A stretch of 36,236 nucleotides of DNA from Anaerolineales bacterium UBA4823 (GCA_002402275.1 DHFN01000025.1:1-36236); one strand, 5' to 3'. Shown: positions 1-9,047, numbered from the stretch's first letter. Numbers and translations: made by a program. The notes: generated from the letters alone by a model not told the origin.

Positions 1-396
1 GGGATGAAAGAAGAAGTCCTCAAGAGCAATACCCCTTGGTATTGTGTATCATGCTACTATTGTATGGCACGTTGCCCGCAATCGGTGCATATCACGGATA
101 TTATGTACACATTAAAGCGAATAGCAATAAAAGAGAATGCTTTTGAGCAATCAAAAGCACCTGATTTCTCAAAAACTTTTATTGATTGGGTTGAGAATTA
201 TGGACGGTCTTTTGAACTGGGTTTAATGTCCATCCATCTCCTGAAACATAATCCAACCGGTGTTTTTAGAATCGCCGGAATGGGATTAGGTATGGTTTCT
301 AAAGGTCGGATGGCGTTTTCACCTACCCGTATCAAAGGGATGGATAACCTTAAAGCAATATTGAACAAAGCCAAAGAGCTGGAGGGTGTATCATGA
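1..396 (+). CDS. hdrC: Heterodisulfide reductase subunit C-like protein, 5'-truncated by the window edge
   Basis: The frame is open from nt 1. WYCVSCYYCMARCP is a CxxCxxCxxxCP 4Fe-4S motif that fits the second cluster of HdrC; the first cluster would lie upstream of the window. The stop overlaps the hdrB start (ATGA at 393-396), and hdrB/hdrA follow. Confidence 0.75.
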   Translation, partial: GMKEEVLKSNTPWYCVSCYYCMARCPQSVHITDIMYTLKRIAIKENAFEQSKAPDFSKTFIDWVENYGRSFELGLMSIHLLKHNPTGVFRIAGMGLGMVSKGRMAFSPTRIKGMDNLKAILNKAKELEGVS

Positions 397-1361
397 AATA
401 TCATTATTATCCTGGTTGTTCTTTGGAAAAGAACGCTGCCTCCTATAATATATCCACCCTGGCAATTGCGAAACCCTTAGGGATGGAATTTGTGGAGGTA
501 GACGATTGGAATTGCTGTGGAGCGACCGAATATATTTCCCTAAACTTAACCGCGGCGTATGCTTTGGTTGCACGTAACTTAGCCCTAGCTTCAAAAAATA
601 CTGAATCAAACCAAATTGTCGCACCTTGTAGCGCCTGTTACCTGAACCTGAGAAAATGTGATAGTTATATGACAGAAAGTACTGACTTGGCTGATAAAGT
701 AAATACCGCCTTAGCAGCCGGAGGGCTTTCTTATAAGGGTGGTACTTTAAAAGTGCGCCACCTGCTAGATGTCATCGTCAATGATATCGGTTATGATGCA
801 ATTGCAGCCAAGGTTACTAAACCACTCAAGGGTTTACGGATTGCACCTTATTATGGGTGTATGATCGTACGTCCAATATTTAGCGGAGGTAGCTCATTCG
901 ATGACACCGAATACCCCAAAACCCTGGATAAATTATTAAAAACTTTGGGTGCAGAAGTGATAGATTTCCCTCTCAAAGCCCATTGCTGTGGTGGACACAT
1001 GACCCAAATTAGTGAAGCAACTGGATATGAGCTAATTCGACAGTTGGTCAAAGGTGCAACCGATTACAAAGCAGACTTAATGGTCACTCTTTGCCCAATG
1101 TGCCAATTAAATCTGGATGCTTTTCAAGGACCGATGAACATGTATTTCAACACGAATTACAAAATGCCCGTTTTGTACTTCACCCAAATGATTGGATTAG
1201 CTTTAGGTATAGGGGCAGCTGAATTAGGAATCGGGTCGGAATTAGTAGATGCTCGTCCTGCTCTATCAAAAATTGGGGTTGAAGTCCCTGAACCGGAACC
1301 TATCAAGGTAAGGACCCCCAAAGAGGCATTACCCATGCCAAGTCTGCCCGAGGAGAAGTAA
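393..1361 (+). CDS. hdrB: Heterodisulfide reductase subunit B-like protein (two CCG domains)
   Basis: Two cysteine-rich CCG signatures (DDWNCCGA and KAHCCGGH, plus PCSACY / LCPMCQ). Length is about 320 aa. It sits between hdrC and hdrA with overlapping or 3-nt spacing. Confidence 0.85.
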   Translation: MKYHYYPGCSLEKNAASYNISTLAIAKPLGMEFVEVDDWNCCGATEYISLNLTAAYALVARNLALASKNTESNQIVAPCSACYLNLRKCDSYMTESTDLADKVNTALAAGGLSYKGGTLKVRHLLDVIVNDIGYDAIAAKVTKPLKGLRIAPYYGCMIVRPIFSGGSSFDDTEYPKTLDKLLKTLGAEVIDFPLKAHCCGGHMTQISEATGYELIRQLVKGATDYKADLMVTLCPMCQLNLDAFQGPMNMYFNTNYKMPVLYFTQMIGLALGIGAAELGIGSELVDARPALSKIGVEVPEPEPIKVRTPKEALPMPSLPEEK

Positions 1362-1364
1362 ACC

Positions 1365-3374
1365 ATGGCTAAAGAACGAATTGGTGTTTATGTGTGTCAT
1401 TGTGGTACGAATATCGCTGGCACGGTTGATGTAGAAGATGTATCCCGCTGGGCTGGCGAAGTACTCAAAGATCGCGGGGTTGTTATCTCCCGTGATTATA
1501 AATTTATGTGCTCAAGTTTAGGACAGGAATTAATCCAGAAAGATATCAAAGAACAAGGATTAACCCGAGTTGTAGTAGCTGCTTGTTCCCCTCATCTCCA
1601 TGAGGCAACCTTTAGGAACGCTTGCAAGATTGCAGGATTAAATCCATATCTATCCGAATTGGTTTCAATCCGCGAACAAGATTCCTGGGTGCATACCGAT
1701 AAAGCGGTTGCCACCGAAAAGGCAAAAGCCATTATCTCAGGCGGTGTGGAACGCACAATCTGGCAAACTCCTTTAGACCCCTTGAAAGTGCCCATAAACC
1801 CAACGACCATGGTGGTTGGTGGTGGAATTGCGGGGATCCAAGCCGCCCTTGAAATTGCTGACGGTGGATTTCCGGTAGTGATGGTAGAGCGTGAACCCTC
1901 AATTGGGGGGCACATGGCTCAATTTGACAAGACCTTCCCCACTTTGGATTGTTCTGCTTGTATTCTTACTCCCAAAATGGTTCAAGTAGGCAGCCATCCA
2001 AACATCCAGCTTCTTACTTATGCAGAAGTCACCAATGTAAGTGGTTATGTTGGAAGCTTCCAAGTAACAGTTAAACAAAGAGCTCGCTCCGTAAACGTTG
2101 AGGATTGTACTGGCTGTGGAATATGTCAGGAAAAATGCCCTAAAAAAGTGATTGATGAAGTTTTCGAAGCCGGTCTAGGTTATCGCAAAGCGGTTTACAC
2201 GCCCTTCCCCCAAGCTGTTCCAAAATATCCGGTAATCGATCGGGAAAATTGCACCTATTATATAAAAGGCACCTGTAAAGCTTGTGAAAAATTTTGCCCA
2301 ACCGGCGCAATAAATTTCGAACAAGAAGATGAATACCTCACGTTCGATGTTGGTCAGATCATCTTAGCTACAGGTTGGGATCTCTTTGATGCCCGAAGAA
2401 TTCCACAATATGGATATGGCAGATTGGCAAATGTGTTCTCTAACCTTGAATTCGAACGGCTTTCCAATGCTGCTGGACCTACGGGGGGAAAGATTGTGAT
2501 GCGGGATGGTATCACCGTCCCAAAGACTGTAGGGATCGTTCATTGTGTTGGCAGCCGGGATAAAAACTATAATAATTATTGCTCGGCCATCTGCTGTATG
2601 CAGAGCTTAAAATTTGCCCATCTGGTCCATGAACGCACAGGAGCGGAGGTATATAACTTTTACATTGATATGCGAACTGTTTCTAAAGGGTATGACGAAT
2701 TCTACCAACGGCTGCTTGATGAAGGCACTCATTTTATCCGAGGAAAAGTAGCTGAAATTACCGATGCTGCCCGCGAACCTGGCGAGGAAGGGAAGCTGAT
2801 CATTCAGGTTGAAAATACTTTAGTGGGTAAACAAATGCGTATTCCGGTGGATATGGTGATCTTGTCCTCCGGGTTAGAACCCCGCCATGACACCAAAGAG
2901 GTTGCTCATCTATTTGGAATATCCTGTAGCGCTGATGGTTGGTTACTCGAACGCCATCCAAAGCTTGATCCTGTAGCCACTATGACAGAAGGTATCTTCA
3001 TCGCTGGTTGTTTACAAGGACCAAAAGATATCCCAACCAGCGTCGCCCAAGGTGCAGCAGCAGCTGCCCGGGTGGTAGGTAAAATCCAACAAAAAGAAAT
3101 TTCAATGGAGCCCATTAAAGCCAGCATCAATCAAGATAAATGTTCCGGTTGCCGCATCTGTAATAATCTGTGTCCCTTCAATGCCATATCATTTATAGAA
3201 GACCGCATGGTTTCCGAAGTAAATCCGGCTTTATGCCAGGGTTGTGGTACCTGTGTGGCAGCATGTCCTGCCGGTGCAATCTCTGGAACAGTCTTTAGCG
3301 ATCAAGCCATCTTAGCTCAAATTGATGGTCTCCTTTTGAAAAATGTAAAACCACTCGAATTAGTGGCTGGATAG
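1365..3374 (+). CDS. hdrA: Heterodisulfide reductase subunit A-like flavoprotein (FAD plus multiple 4Fe-4S)
   Basis: N-terminal GVYVCHCGTNIAG and dinucleotide fold VVGGGIAGIQAALE. Ferredoxin motifs CTGCGICQEKCP, CSGCRICNNLCP and CQGCGTCVAACP. 669 aa. The TAG stop is followed by GGAGG and the ATG of mvhD. Confidence 0.9.
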   Translation: MAKERIGVYVCHCGTNIAGTVDVEDVSRWAGEVLKDRGVVISRDYKFMCSSLGQELIQKDIKEQGLTRVVVAACSPHLHEATFRNACKIAGLNPYLSELVSIREQDSWVHTDKAVATEKAKAIISGGVERTIWQTPLDPLKVPINPTTMVVGGGIAGIQAALEIADGGFPVVMVEREPSIGGHMAQFDKTFPTLDCSACILTPKMVQVGSHPNIQLLTYAEVTNVSGYVGSFQVTVKQRARSVNVEDCTGCGICQEKCPKKVIDEVFEAGLGYRKAVYTPFPQAVPKYPVIDRENCTYYIKGTCKACEKFCPTGAINFEQEDEYLTFDVGQIILATGWDLFDARRIPQYGYGRLANVFSNLEFERLSNAAGPTGGKIVMRDGITVPKTVGIVHCVGSRDKNYNNYCSAICCMQSLKFAHLVHERTGAEVYNFYIDMRTVSKGYDEFYQRLLDEGTHFIRGKVAEITDAAREPGEEGKLIIQVENTLVGKQMRIPVDMVILSSGLEPRHDTKEVAHLFGISCSADGWLLERHPKLDPVATMTEGIFIAGCLQGPKDIPTSVAQGAAAAARVVGKIQQKEISMEPIKASINQDKCSGCRICNNLCPFNAISFIEDRMVSEVNPALCQGCGTCVAACPAGAISGTVFSDQAILAQIDGLLLKNVKPLELVAG

Positions 3375-3387
3375 GAGGAGTAATAGA

Positions 3388-3855
3388 ATGTCAGAACAAT
3401 TTGAACCGATCATCATTGGATTTACCTGTAATTGGTGTAGTTATCGGGCAGCAGATATGGCAGGAACTGCCCGTATCAAGTATGCTCCAAACGTCCGCCT
3501 GATTCGTTTGATGTGCTCAGGTAGACTAGATCCGACTTTTATCTTAAAAGCTTTTGCAGATGGTGCAGATGGGGTTTTAGTATCTGGTTGCCACCCAGGG
3601 GATTGTCATTATGTGGAACAAAACTATAAAACCATGCGACGGTTTTACTTATTGAGAAAATTGTTAACCCAAATGGGTATAGAACCAGAGCGGATAAAAT
3701 TACTTTGGGCGTCTGCTGCTGAAGGACAGATATTCGCGGACGAAATCACAAAATTTACAGAAGAGGTGCGAAGACTGGGACCGCTTAATTGGAATCCTGA
3801 ACAAGGGATTCCAAAAGAAAGCCAGCCTGCAAATCCTATGGAGGTGTCAGCATGA
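3388..3855 (+). CDS. mvhD: MvhD-like hydrogenase iron-sulfur subunit D (2Fe-2S electron-transfer subunit)
   Basis: FTCNWCSY, MCSGR and SGCHPGDCHY motifs typical of MvhD/FlpD. SD GGAGGAG lies upstream. The stop overlaps the mvhG start (ATGA). Confidence 0.85.
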   Translation: MSEQFEPIIIGFTCNWCSYRAADMAGTARIKYAPNVRLIRLMCSGRLDPTFILKAFADGADGVLVSGCHPGDCHYVEQNYKTMRRFYLLRKLLTQMGIEPERIKLLWASAAEGQIFADEITKFTEEVRRLGPLNWNPEQGIPKESQPANPMEVSA

Positions 3856-4844
3856 CATCCAATGGTAAACCTAAATTTGCAATGTATTGGGCAGCATCAT
3901 GCGGTGGCTGTGAAATTTCAGTCTTGAATATCCACGAAAAGATTCTCGATGTGGATGCAAATTTTGACGTAGTTTTTTGGCCAGTTGCCATGGATGCTAA
4001 ATATAAAGACGTAGAAGCAATGGAAGATGGTTCAATTCTTCTCACGCTTTTCAATGGCGCTATCCGCAACGAAGAAAATGAGCACATTGCTAAACTTTTG
4101 CGGAAAAAATCTCAAATATTAGTTGCTTTTGGCTCTTGCGCTAATGAGGGCTGTATGCCTGCACTGGCTAATCTGAGCCCTATTGATGAGATTGTCAAAA
4201 CTGCATTCTCCACTATTTCAACAGATAATCCAAACCATATTCAACCACAGACTTCTTATCAAGCTCCCGAAGGAGAATTGAAAATCCCTAAACTATTTCC
4301 AATTGTAAGAACCTTAGATCAAGTAGTAGATGTAGATTACTACATGCCTGGCTGTCCGCCCGAGTCCCATCAAATTGCCGCAGTGATTGATTTAGTCATC
4401 CAAGTTTTACAAGGAAAAGCCGAGTTACCTCCCAAAGGGAGTGTTATCGGAGCTGGTCCCTCAACGGTTTGTGATGAGTGTACTCGTAAACGGGGATTAA
4501 AAACCATTCACGAGTTCAAGCGCATTCAACATGTTCAAATTGATCCTGAAATATGCTTGCTTGAACAAGGGATATTATGCAGTGGTCCTGCTACCCGGAG
4601 TGGATGTAAGGCTCTTTGTCCATCTGCTAACTCGCCTTGCATCGGCTGCTACGGACCAGCTGAGGGCGTGTTGGATTATGGTGCTCGGTTATTGACCGCA
4701 GTTGCATCGGTTATTGATAGTAATGACCCCAATGAGATCCAACATATTATCGAAGGCATTCCCGATCCAGTGGGAATGTTTTATCGTTTCAACCTGGCTG
4801 GTTCTCTTTTACGAGCCAGTAAACCTGCCTGGGATACAAAGTAG
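3852..4844 (+). CDS. mvhG: [NiFe] hydrogenase small subunit, Mvh/group-3 type
   Basis: N-terminal YWAASCGGCEIS proximal-cluster motif, YMPGCPP, and C-terminal Cys clusters (CDECTRK, CSGPATRSGC, CIGCYGP). Located directly upstream of the large subunit. Confidence 0.8.
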   Translation: MTSNGKPKFAMYWAASCGGCEISVLNIHEKILDVDANFDVVFWPVAMDAKYKDVEAMEDGSILLTLFNGAIRNEENEHIAKLLRKKSQILVAFGSCANEGCMPALANLSPIDEIVKTAFSTISTDNPNHIQPQTSYQAPEGELKIPKLFPIVRTLDQVVDVDYYMPGCPPESHQIAAVIDLVIQVLQGKAELPPKGSVIGAGPSTVCDECTRKRGLKTIHEFKRIQHVQIDPEICLLEQGILCSGPATRSGCKALCPSANSPCIGCYGPAEGVLDYGARLLTAVASVIDSNDPNEIQHIIEGIPDPVGMFYRFNLAGSLLRASKPAWDTK

Positions 4845-4857
4845 GAGGCATAAGTAA

Positions 4858-6321
4858 ATGGAAAGAATATCAATTGATCCAATTACTCGTTTGGAAGGGC
4901 ACGGGAAGATAGACATCTTCTTAGATAATGAAGGTAATGTGGCTAACTCTTACTTTCAAATCCCGGAATTACGGGGCTTCGAACGATTTTGTGTCGGTCG
5001 TCAAGTTGAAGAAATCCCGATATTGACGAATAGGATTTGTGGGGTTTGTCCCGAAGCTCATCACATGGCTGGCGCCAAGGCAGTTGACGCAGTCTATCAT
5101 GTTGATCCGCCCCGCACTGCCAAAATGTTACGTGAGTTACTTTACAGTGCTTTTTTTGTCGCTGACCATACCACTCATTTTTATGCTTTAGCCGGACCTG
5201 ATTTTATCATTGGTCCAGATGCACCCATAGCTGAAAGGAATATCCTTGGAGTAATTCACAAGGTGGGTTTGGAAATTGGTGGCAAGGTCATCCAGGCTAG
5301 AAAATATGGTCATAATGTCATTGAGATGATTGGCGGCCGGAAAATCCATCCTTGTACATCAATTCCTGGGGGTTTAACCAAAGGGATTACCGAAGAGCAG
5401 CGTCGAGAAATCGAACAGATGGGTCGCTGGGCGGTTGAGTTTGCCCAATTTTCTCTAAAAATATTTGATGACATTGTTTTAAAGAATTCTACTTATCTTG
5501 ATCTTGTTCTTGGGGATATTTACACCCATCATACTTATTATATCGGTCTGGTTGATGAAAATAACAAAGTGAACTTTTATGATGGCAAAGTAAGCGTGGT
5601 TGATCCAGAAGGTAGCCGACTTGGTAAATATGGTCCCAATGAATATACTGATTGGATTGCTGAACACGTCGAACCATGGACCTATCTCAAATTCCCATAC
5701 TTAAAGAAAGTTGGCTGGAAAGGTTTTGTAGATGGTAAAGATTCCGGGGTTTACATAGCAACTCCACTCTCTCGCTTAAATGCATCGGATGGTATGGCAA
5801 CCCCTCTTGCTCAAGAGGAATATGAAAAGTTTTTCAAGACCTTGGGTGGCAAACCAGTTCATCAAAGATTGGCTACCCATTGGGCTAGGTTAATTGAATT
5901 GCTCTATGCTGCGGAACGTTGGGTTGAATTAGCAACCGATCCGGAAATTACAAGTAATAATTACCGCACAATTCCGACCGAAAAACCAACCGAGGGCATT
6001 GGGATCGTCGAAGCACCGCGGGGAACCCTCACACATCATTATTGGACTGACGAGAAAGGCATTTCTACCCAAGTTAATCTCATTGTTGGGACAACCAACA
6101 ACTATGCTGCCATACAAATGTCAACCAATAAAGCAGCCAGGTCTTTGATCAAAGACGGAAAAGTAAGCGAAGGTATTTTGAATATGGTAGAGATGGCTTT
6201 CAGAGCCTATGATCCTTGTTTTGGATGTGCAACCCATTCCTTACCAGGCAATATGCCATTAGAGGTAACCATCCGAGACATAAATGGCAATCCCATTGAA
6301 GTATTAAACCAGAATCTCTAA
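4858..6321 (+). CDS. mvhA: [NiFe] hydrogenase large (catalytic) subunit, Mvh/group-3c-like
   Basis: N-terminal NiFe ligand motif RICGVCPEAHH (Cys codons at 5038-5049) and C-terminal DPCFGCATH. A 27-aa tail follows the His, consistent with proteolytic maturation. SD TAGGAGG lies upstream. Confidence 0.9.
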   Translation: MERISIDPITRLEGHGKIDIFLDNEGNVANSYFQIPELRGFERFCVGRQVEEIPILTNRICGVCPEAHHMAGAKAVDAVYHVDPPRTAKMLRELLYSAFFVADHTTHFYALAGPDFIIGPDAPIAERNILGVIHKVGLEIGGKVIQARKYGHNVIEMIGGRKIHPCTSIPGGLTKGITEEQRREIEQMGRWAVEFAQFSLKIFDDIVLKNSTYLDLVLGDIYTHHTYYIGLVDENNKVNFYDGKVSVVDPEGSRLGKYGPNEYTDWIAEHVEPWTYLKFPYLKKVGWKGFVDGKDSGVYIATPLSRLNASDGMATPLAQEEYEKFFKTLGGKPVHQRLATHWARLIELLYAAERWVELATDPEITSNNYRTIPTEKPTEGIGIVEAPRGTLTHHYWTDEKGISTQVNLIVGTTNNYAAIQMSTNKAARSLIKDGKVSEGILNMVEMAFRAYDPCFGCATHSLPGNMPLEVTIRDINGNPIEVLNQNL

Positions 6322-6328
6322 CATCAAT

Positions 6329-6355
6329 ATGGAGGCTGGAGATGCCAGCCTCCAT
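6329..6355 (+). promoter_or_regulatory. Perfect 11-bp-stem hairpin between mvhA and the maturation protease gene
   Basis: ATGGAGGCTGG (6329-6339), loop AGATG, CCAGCCTCCAT (6345-6355). It begins 8 nt after the mvhA stop. No clean T-tract follows, so it may be an mRNA-stabilising or processing element, or a partial terminator. Confidence 0.55.
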
Positions 6356-6361
6356 TATTCT

Positions 6362-6871
6362 ATGATGAATAAGAAAATCACAACAAAGATCATTGGTTTA
6401 GGGAATCCCATATTAGGGGACGATGGAGTTGGTCATCGAGTTGCTGATGAGATCGCACGACAATTAGAAAAAAACAATCAATTTATGTCTCAAACGATCC
6501 AAGTAGAAAAAGCCAGTTTAGGGGGATTATCCTTAATGGAACTCTTAATCGACTCGGATCGCGCAATAATAATAGACTCAATTGAAACTAATCAAAACCC
6601 CGTTGGTACCGTCCGAAATTTTAACCTCGATGAACTTCCGGATCAAATTTATGGGCATACTACATCTTCCCATGACACTACACTTTCCAAGGCAATTCAA
6701 GTTGGAAAATTAATTGGAGCCCATCTACCTGAACCAATTTTCATAGTGAGTATCGAAGCCCATAATTTATATGAATTCTCGGAAAGGTTATCCCCGAGTG
6801 TAGAACAAGCAATACCTAAAGCTTGTCAATCGGTTTGGCAGTATCTTGAAGAATTGGAGAAGGAATTATGA
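6362..6871 (+). CDS. Hydrogenase maturation endopeptidase (HycI/HoxW/FrhD family)
   Basis: IIGLGNPILGDDGVGHRVA near the N-terminus and a later GHTTSSHD motif are typical of this family. The ORF-track start at 6329 lies inside the hairpin and adds an atypical 11-aa leader, so I prefer ATG 6362 or 6365. Confidence 0.8.
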   Translation: MMNKKITTKIIGLGNPILGDDGVGHRVADEIARQLEKNNQFMSQTIQVEKASLGGLSLMELLIDSDRAIIIDSIETNQNPVGTVRNFNLDELPDQIYGHTTSSHDTTLSKAIQVGKLIGAHLPEPIFIVSIEAHNLYEFSERLSPSVEQAIPKACQSVWQYLEELEKEL

Positions 6872-7335
6872 TTTCCCCAGAAACCCTTAAAAGATTTCCT
6901 TTTTTTGCATCCCTCAATGAAGAACAGATTAAACAATTAGCCATGATTGGCGAAGAAGTCGAATTTAATAAGGACCAACTCGTTGTTGAAGAATGTCAAC
7001 CAGCCAATACATTGTATGTTCTAATGGAAGGTTCGGCAGATTTGTATTTTACGGTTCAAGATGATAAAACGAATACAAAAAAACAATTCTTCGTTGGTGA
7101 AATTACTTCAGGCGATCCTTTTGGAATCACCGTGTTATTAGAACCCTATCAACATTTTTCAACCGTTCGCTGTACATCTCCTTGCAAAGCGATTGCTTTG
7201 GATGGAATAAAATTACGCGAGATGGCAGATGATGATCCTGTCTTAGCTAAGAATATCTTAAAACACATCGCCCTGGCAGCTATGGAAAGGCTGAATAACA
7301 CCCGCATCCAACTAGCCGCTGCTTGGGCATCATAA
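6868..7335 (+). CDS. Stand-alone cyclic-nucleotide-binding (cNMP/Crp-type) domain protein, no DNA-binding domain
   Basis: FPFFASLNEEQIKQLA....YVLMEGSADLYF....GDPFGI pattern of cNMP-binding beta-barrel domains. At 155 aa it is too short for an HTH. The start overlaps the protease stop (ATGA). Confidence 0.7.
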   Translation: MISPETLKRFPFFASLNEEQIKQLAMIGEEVEFNKDQLVVEECQPANTLYVLMEGSADLYFTVQDDKTNTKKQFFVGEITSGDPFGITVLLEPYQHFSTVRCTSPCKAIALDGIKLREMADDDPVLAKNILKHIALAAMERLNNTRIQLAAAWAS

Positions 7336-7414
7336 TAAACGTTCTATTGTGACCTTCGTTCCCTAGGTGTTTAATCTATTTTTTCATTATAGCCATTGAT
7401 TTTAATGTTTAAAC

Positions 7415-7444
7415 GGGGCTGTCTATGATCCTTAGAGCAGCCCC
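7415..7444. terminator. Candidate bidirectional intrinsic terminator between convergent genes
   Basis: GGGGCTGTCTA / TAGA(g)CAGCCCC stem (11 bp with one bulge) and a 7-nt loop. T-rich DNA follows on the + side (TTGGGTATTAATTTTTGTTTCTTT) and A/T-rich DNA lies on the other side. It sits between the stops at 7335 and 7467. Confidence 0.55.
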
Positions 7445-7466
7445 TTGGGTATTAATTTTTGTTTCT

Positions 7467-8189
7467 TTACTTATTATAAAACCAATTGTAGGCGTAGTAG
7501 CCGGTTCTACCTACACTCTGGATCCGAACGGCAATTTGACCTTTGCCTTGTAAACCAGCAGGTATTTGAACTTTGATTGTTTTTGTGCCACCTTTGCCAG
7601 TGTTGAATGTACCAACGATTTTGCCATTAACTCCCAGTGTCCCAATTTTCCCTAATAAAACCTTATATTTATCATTCGCAGGTAAATTGGTAATTTTGAG
7701 GGTTACGGTTTTATTCTTAACCACACTCGTTGCATAGATATAGGGATATCCATAATACCCGTCACCATAGGAATACGCCCCACCAGTTCCCGTATACTTT
7801 TTATTATTGTAGAACCAGTTATACGCATAGTATCCTGATCCGCTGGTACTTTGTAATCGTATGGCGATTTGATACTGACCTTTGAGAGCTTTTGGAATAG
7901 AAAAAGTAACCTTGAATGAACCACCTGCACCACTATTTATAGTGTCCACTACAATCCCATTGACCCCGTGTGTACCAATATAGTTCATCATAACCTTAAA
8001 GGTATCATGCGCAGGAAAATTGTAAGTCTTGATTGTAACGGTTTTGTCAGTGGAAACGCTCACAATCGAAAAAGTTGGGTAACCAGAGTATGCCACAGCT
8101 GGTTTTACACCAATACCACTAAAAGTAGATCCCAACAATAATCCCACCAATAAGATAGAAGACAAAACAATCATTAAGCTGCGTTTCAT
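7467..8189 (-). CDS. Secreted protein of unknown function built from two 94-aa internal repeats
   Basis: Signal-peptide-like N-terminus (MKRSLMIVLSSILLVGLLLG) and SD AAGGAG upstream. Residues 36-129 and 147-240 align at roughly half identity, and both end in GYYAYNWFYN(N/K). A Gly/Tyr-rich linker joins them. Confidence 0.7.
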   Translation of the reverse strand: MKRSLMIVLSSILLVGLLLGSTFSGIGVKPAVAYSGYPTFSIVSVSTDKTVTIKTYNFPAHDTFKVMMNYIGTHGVNGIVVDTINSGAGGSFKVTFSIPKALKGQYQIAIRLQSTSGSGYYAYNWFYNNKKYTGTGGAYSYGDGYYGYPYIYATSVVKNKTVTLKITNLPANDKYKVLLGKIGTLGVNGKIVGTFNTGKGGTKTIKVQIPAGLQGKGQIAVRIQSVGRTGYYAYNWFYNK

Positions 8190-8423
8190 TTTTTTTTCTC
8201 CTTTTTATAAAAACAGCTAGTTTTATCCACAAATTATCCCATGACCGGCAATCCTTTGCCATTGAGGACAAAATTAATGGATTTGGTTTTTATATATTAT
8301 CGGCAGAAGGCGCTATAATTTATTATATACACGTTTAATTTACATTAAAATCATGAAAAAAGCAAGCGTTTTAGCAATATCGTTACAGTAATGTAAGGAA
8401 TTTTAAATTTAGGAGCAAATTTC

Positions 8424-9047
8424 ATGAGTGTTCTTACTCACTTTCAATTATATGATTTACTTAACCGCCAAAAACCATTATGGCTAGTAAAAATAGATTT
8501 ATCTGATCTGTCATTAATATCCATTGATTTATCCTCCTGTAATTTATCCTATGCAAATTTAAGCCGTTCGGATCTAAATTGGGCAAATTTCTTTCGCTGT
8601 AATTTGACTAAAGTTAATTTATCCTTATCGAATCTGTATGAAGCTAATTTAAGCGAGGCAATCTTAGAAGGCGCAAATTTGACTCATTGTAACTTCACCC
8701 GGGCTAATCTATCTAAAGCAAATTTAGTTGATGCTAACCTTGTTGAGGCAAATTTATCTCGTGCAATATTAACCAAAGCAACCCTAACCAACGCTAATCT
8801 AAACCTAGCCAATTTATCCCGAATAGATTTGAGTAAATCTGATTGTTCAAATTCAAATTTTAGCTTTGCTGACCTCTATAAAGCCAATCTCTTCGAGGCA
8901 AATCTTACCAATGCCGATCTCCACGATGCAAACCTAACCGGAGCGGATTTAACCGCAGCAAACCTGACTGGGGCAATTTTAACCAATGCAATCCTAACGA
9001 ATGCCGATCTTACCGATGCAATACTACCAGAATCAATGATAAAATAA
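8424..9047 (+). CDS. Pentapeptide-repeat protein
   Basis: Almost the whole 207-aa protein is A(N/D)Lxx pentapeptides (ANLSR, ANLTH, ADLTD and similar). SD AGGAG lies upstream. Confidence 0.85.
   Translation: MSVLTHFQLYDLLNRQKPLWLVKIDLSDLSLISIDLSSCNLSYANLSRSDLNWANFFRCNLTKVNLSLSNLYEANLSEAILEGANLTHCNFTRANLSKANLVDANLVEANLSRAILTKATLTNANLNLANLSRIDLSKSDCSNSNFSFADLYKANLFEANLTNADLHDANLTGADLTAANLTGAILTNAILTNADLTDAILPESMIK

Noticed and set aside
8353-8391. A 12-codon mini-ORF (MKKASVLAISLQ) upstream of the pentapeptide-repeat gene as a possible leader peptide.
   Set aside because: It has no associated attenuator structure, no SD and no amino-acid bias. It cannot be distinguished from chance.
8424-9047. 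Strong short-period DNA repetition (recurring GCAAATTTA / GCTAATCT units every 15 nt) looked like a tandem-repeat or CRISPR-like array.
   Set aside because: The periodicity is exactly that of a continuous ORF encoding A(N/D)LxX pentapeptide repeats. There are no spacer/repeat alternation and no long conserved repeats.
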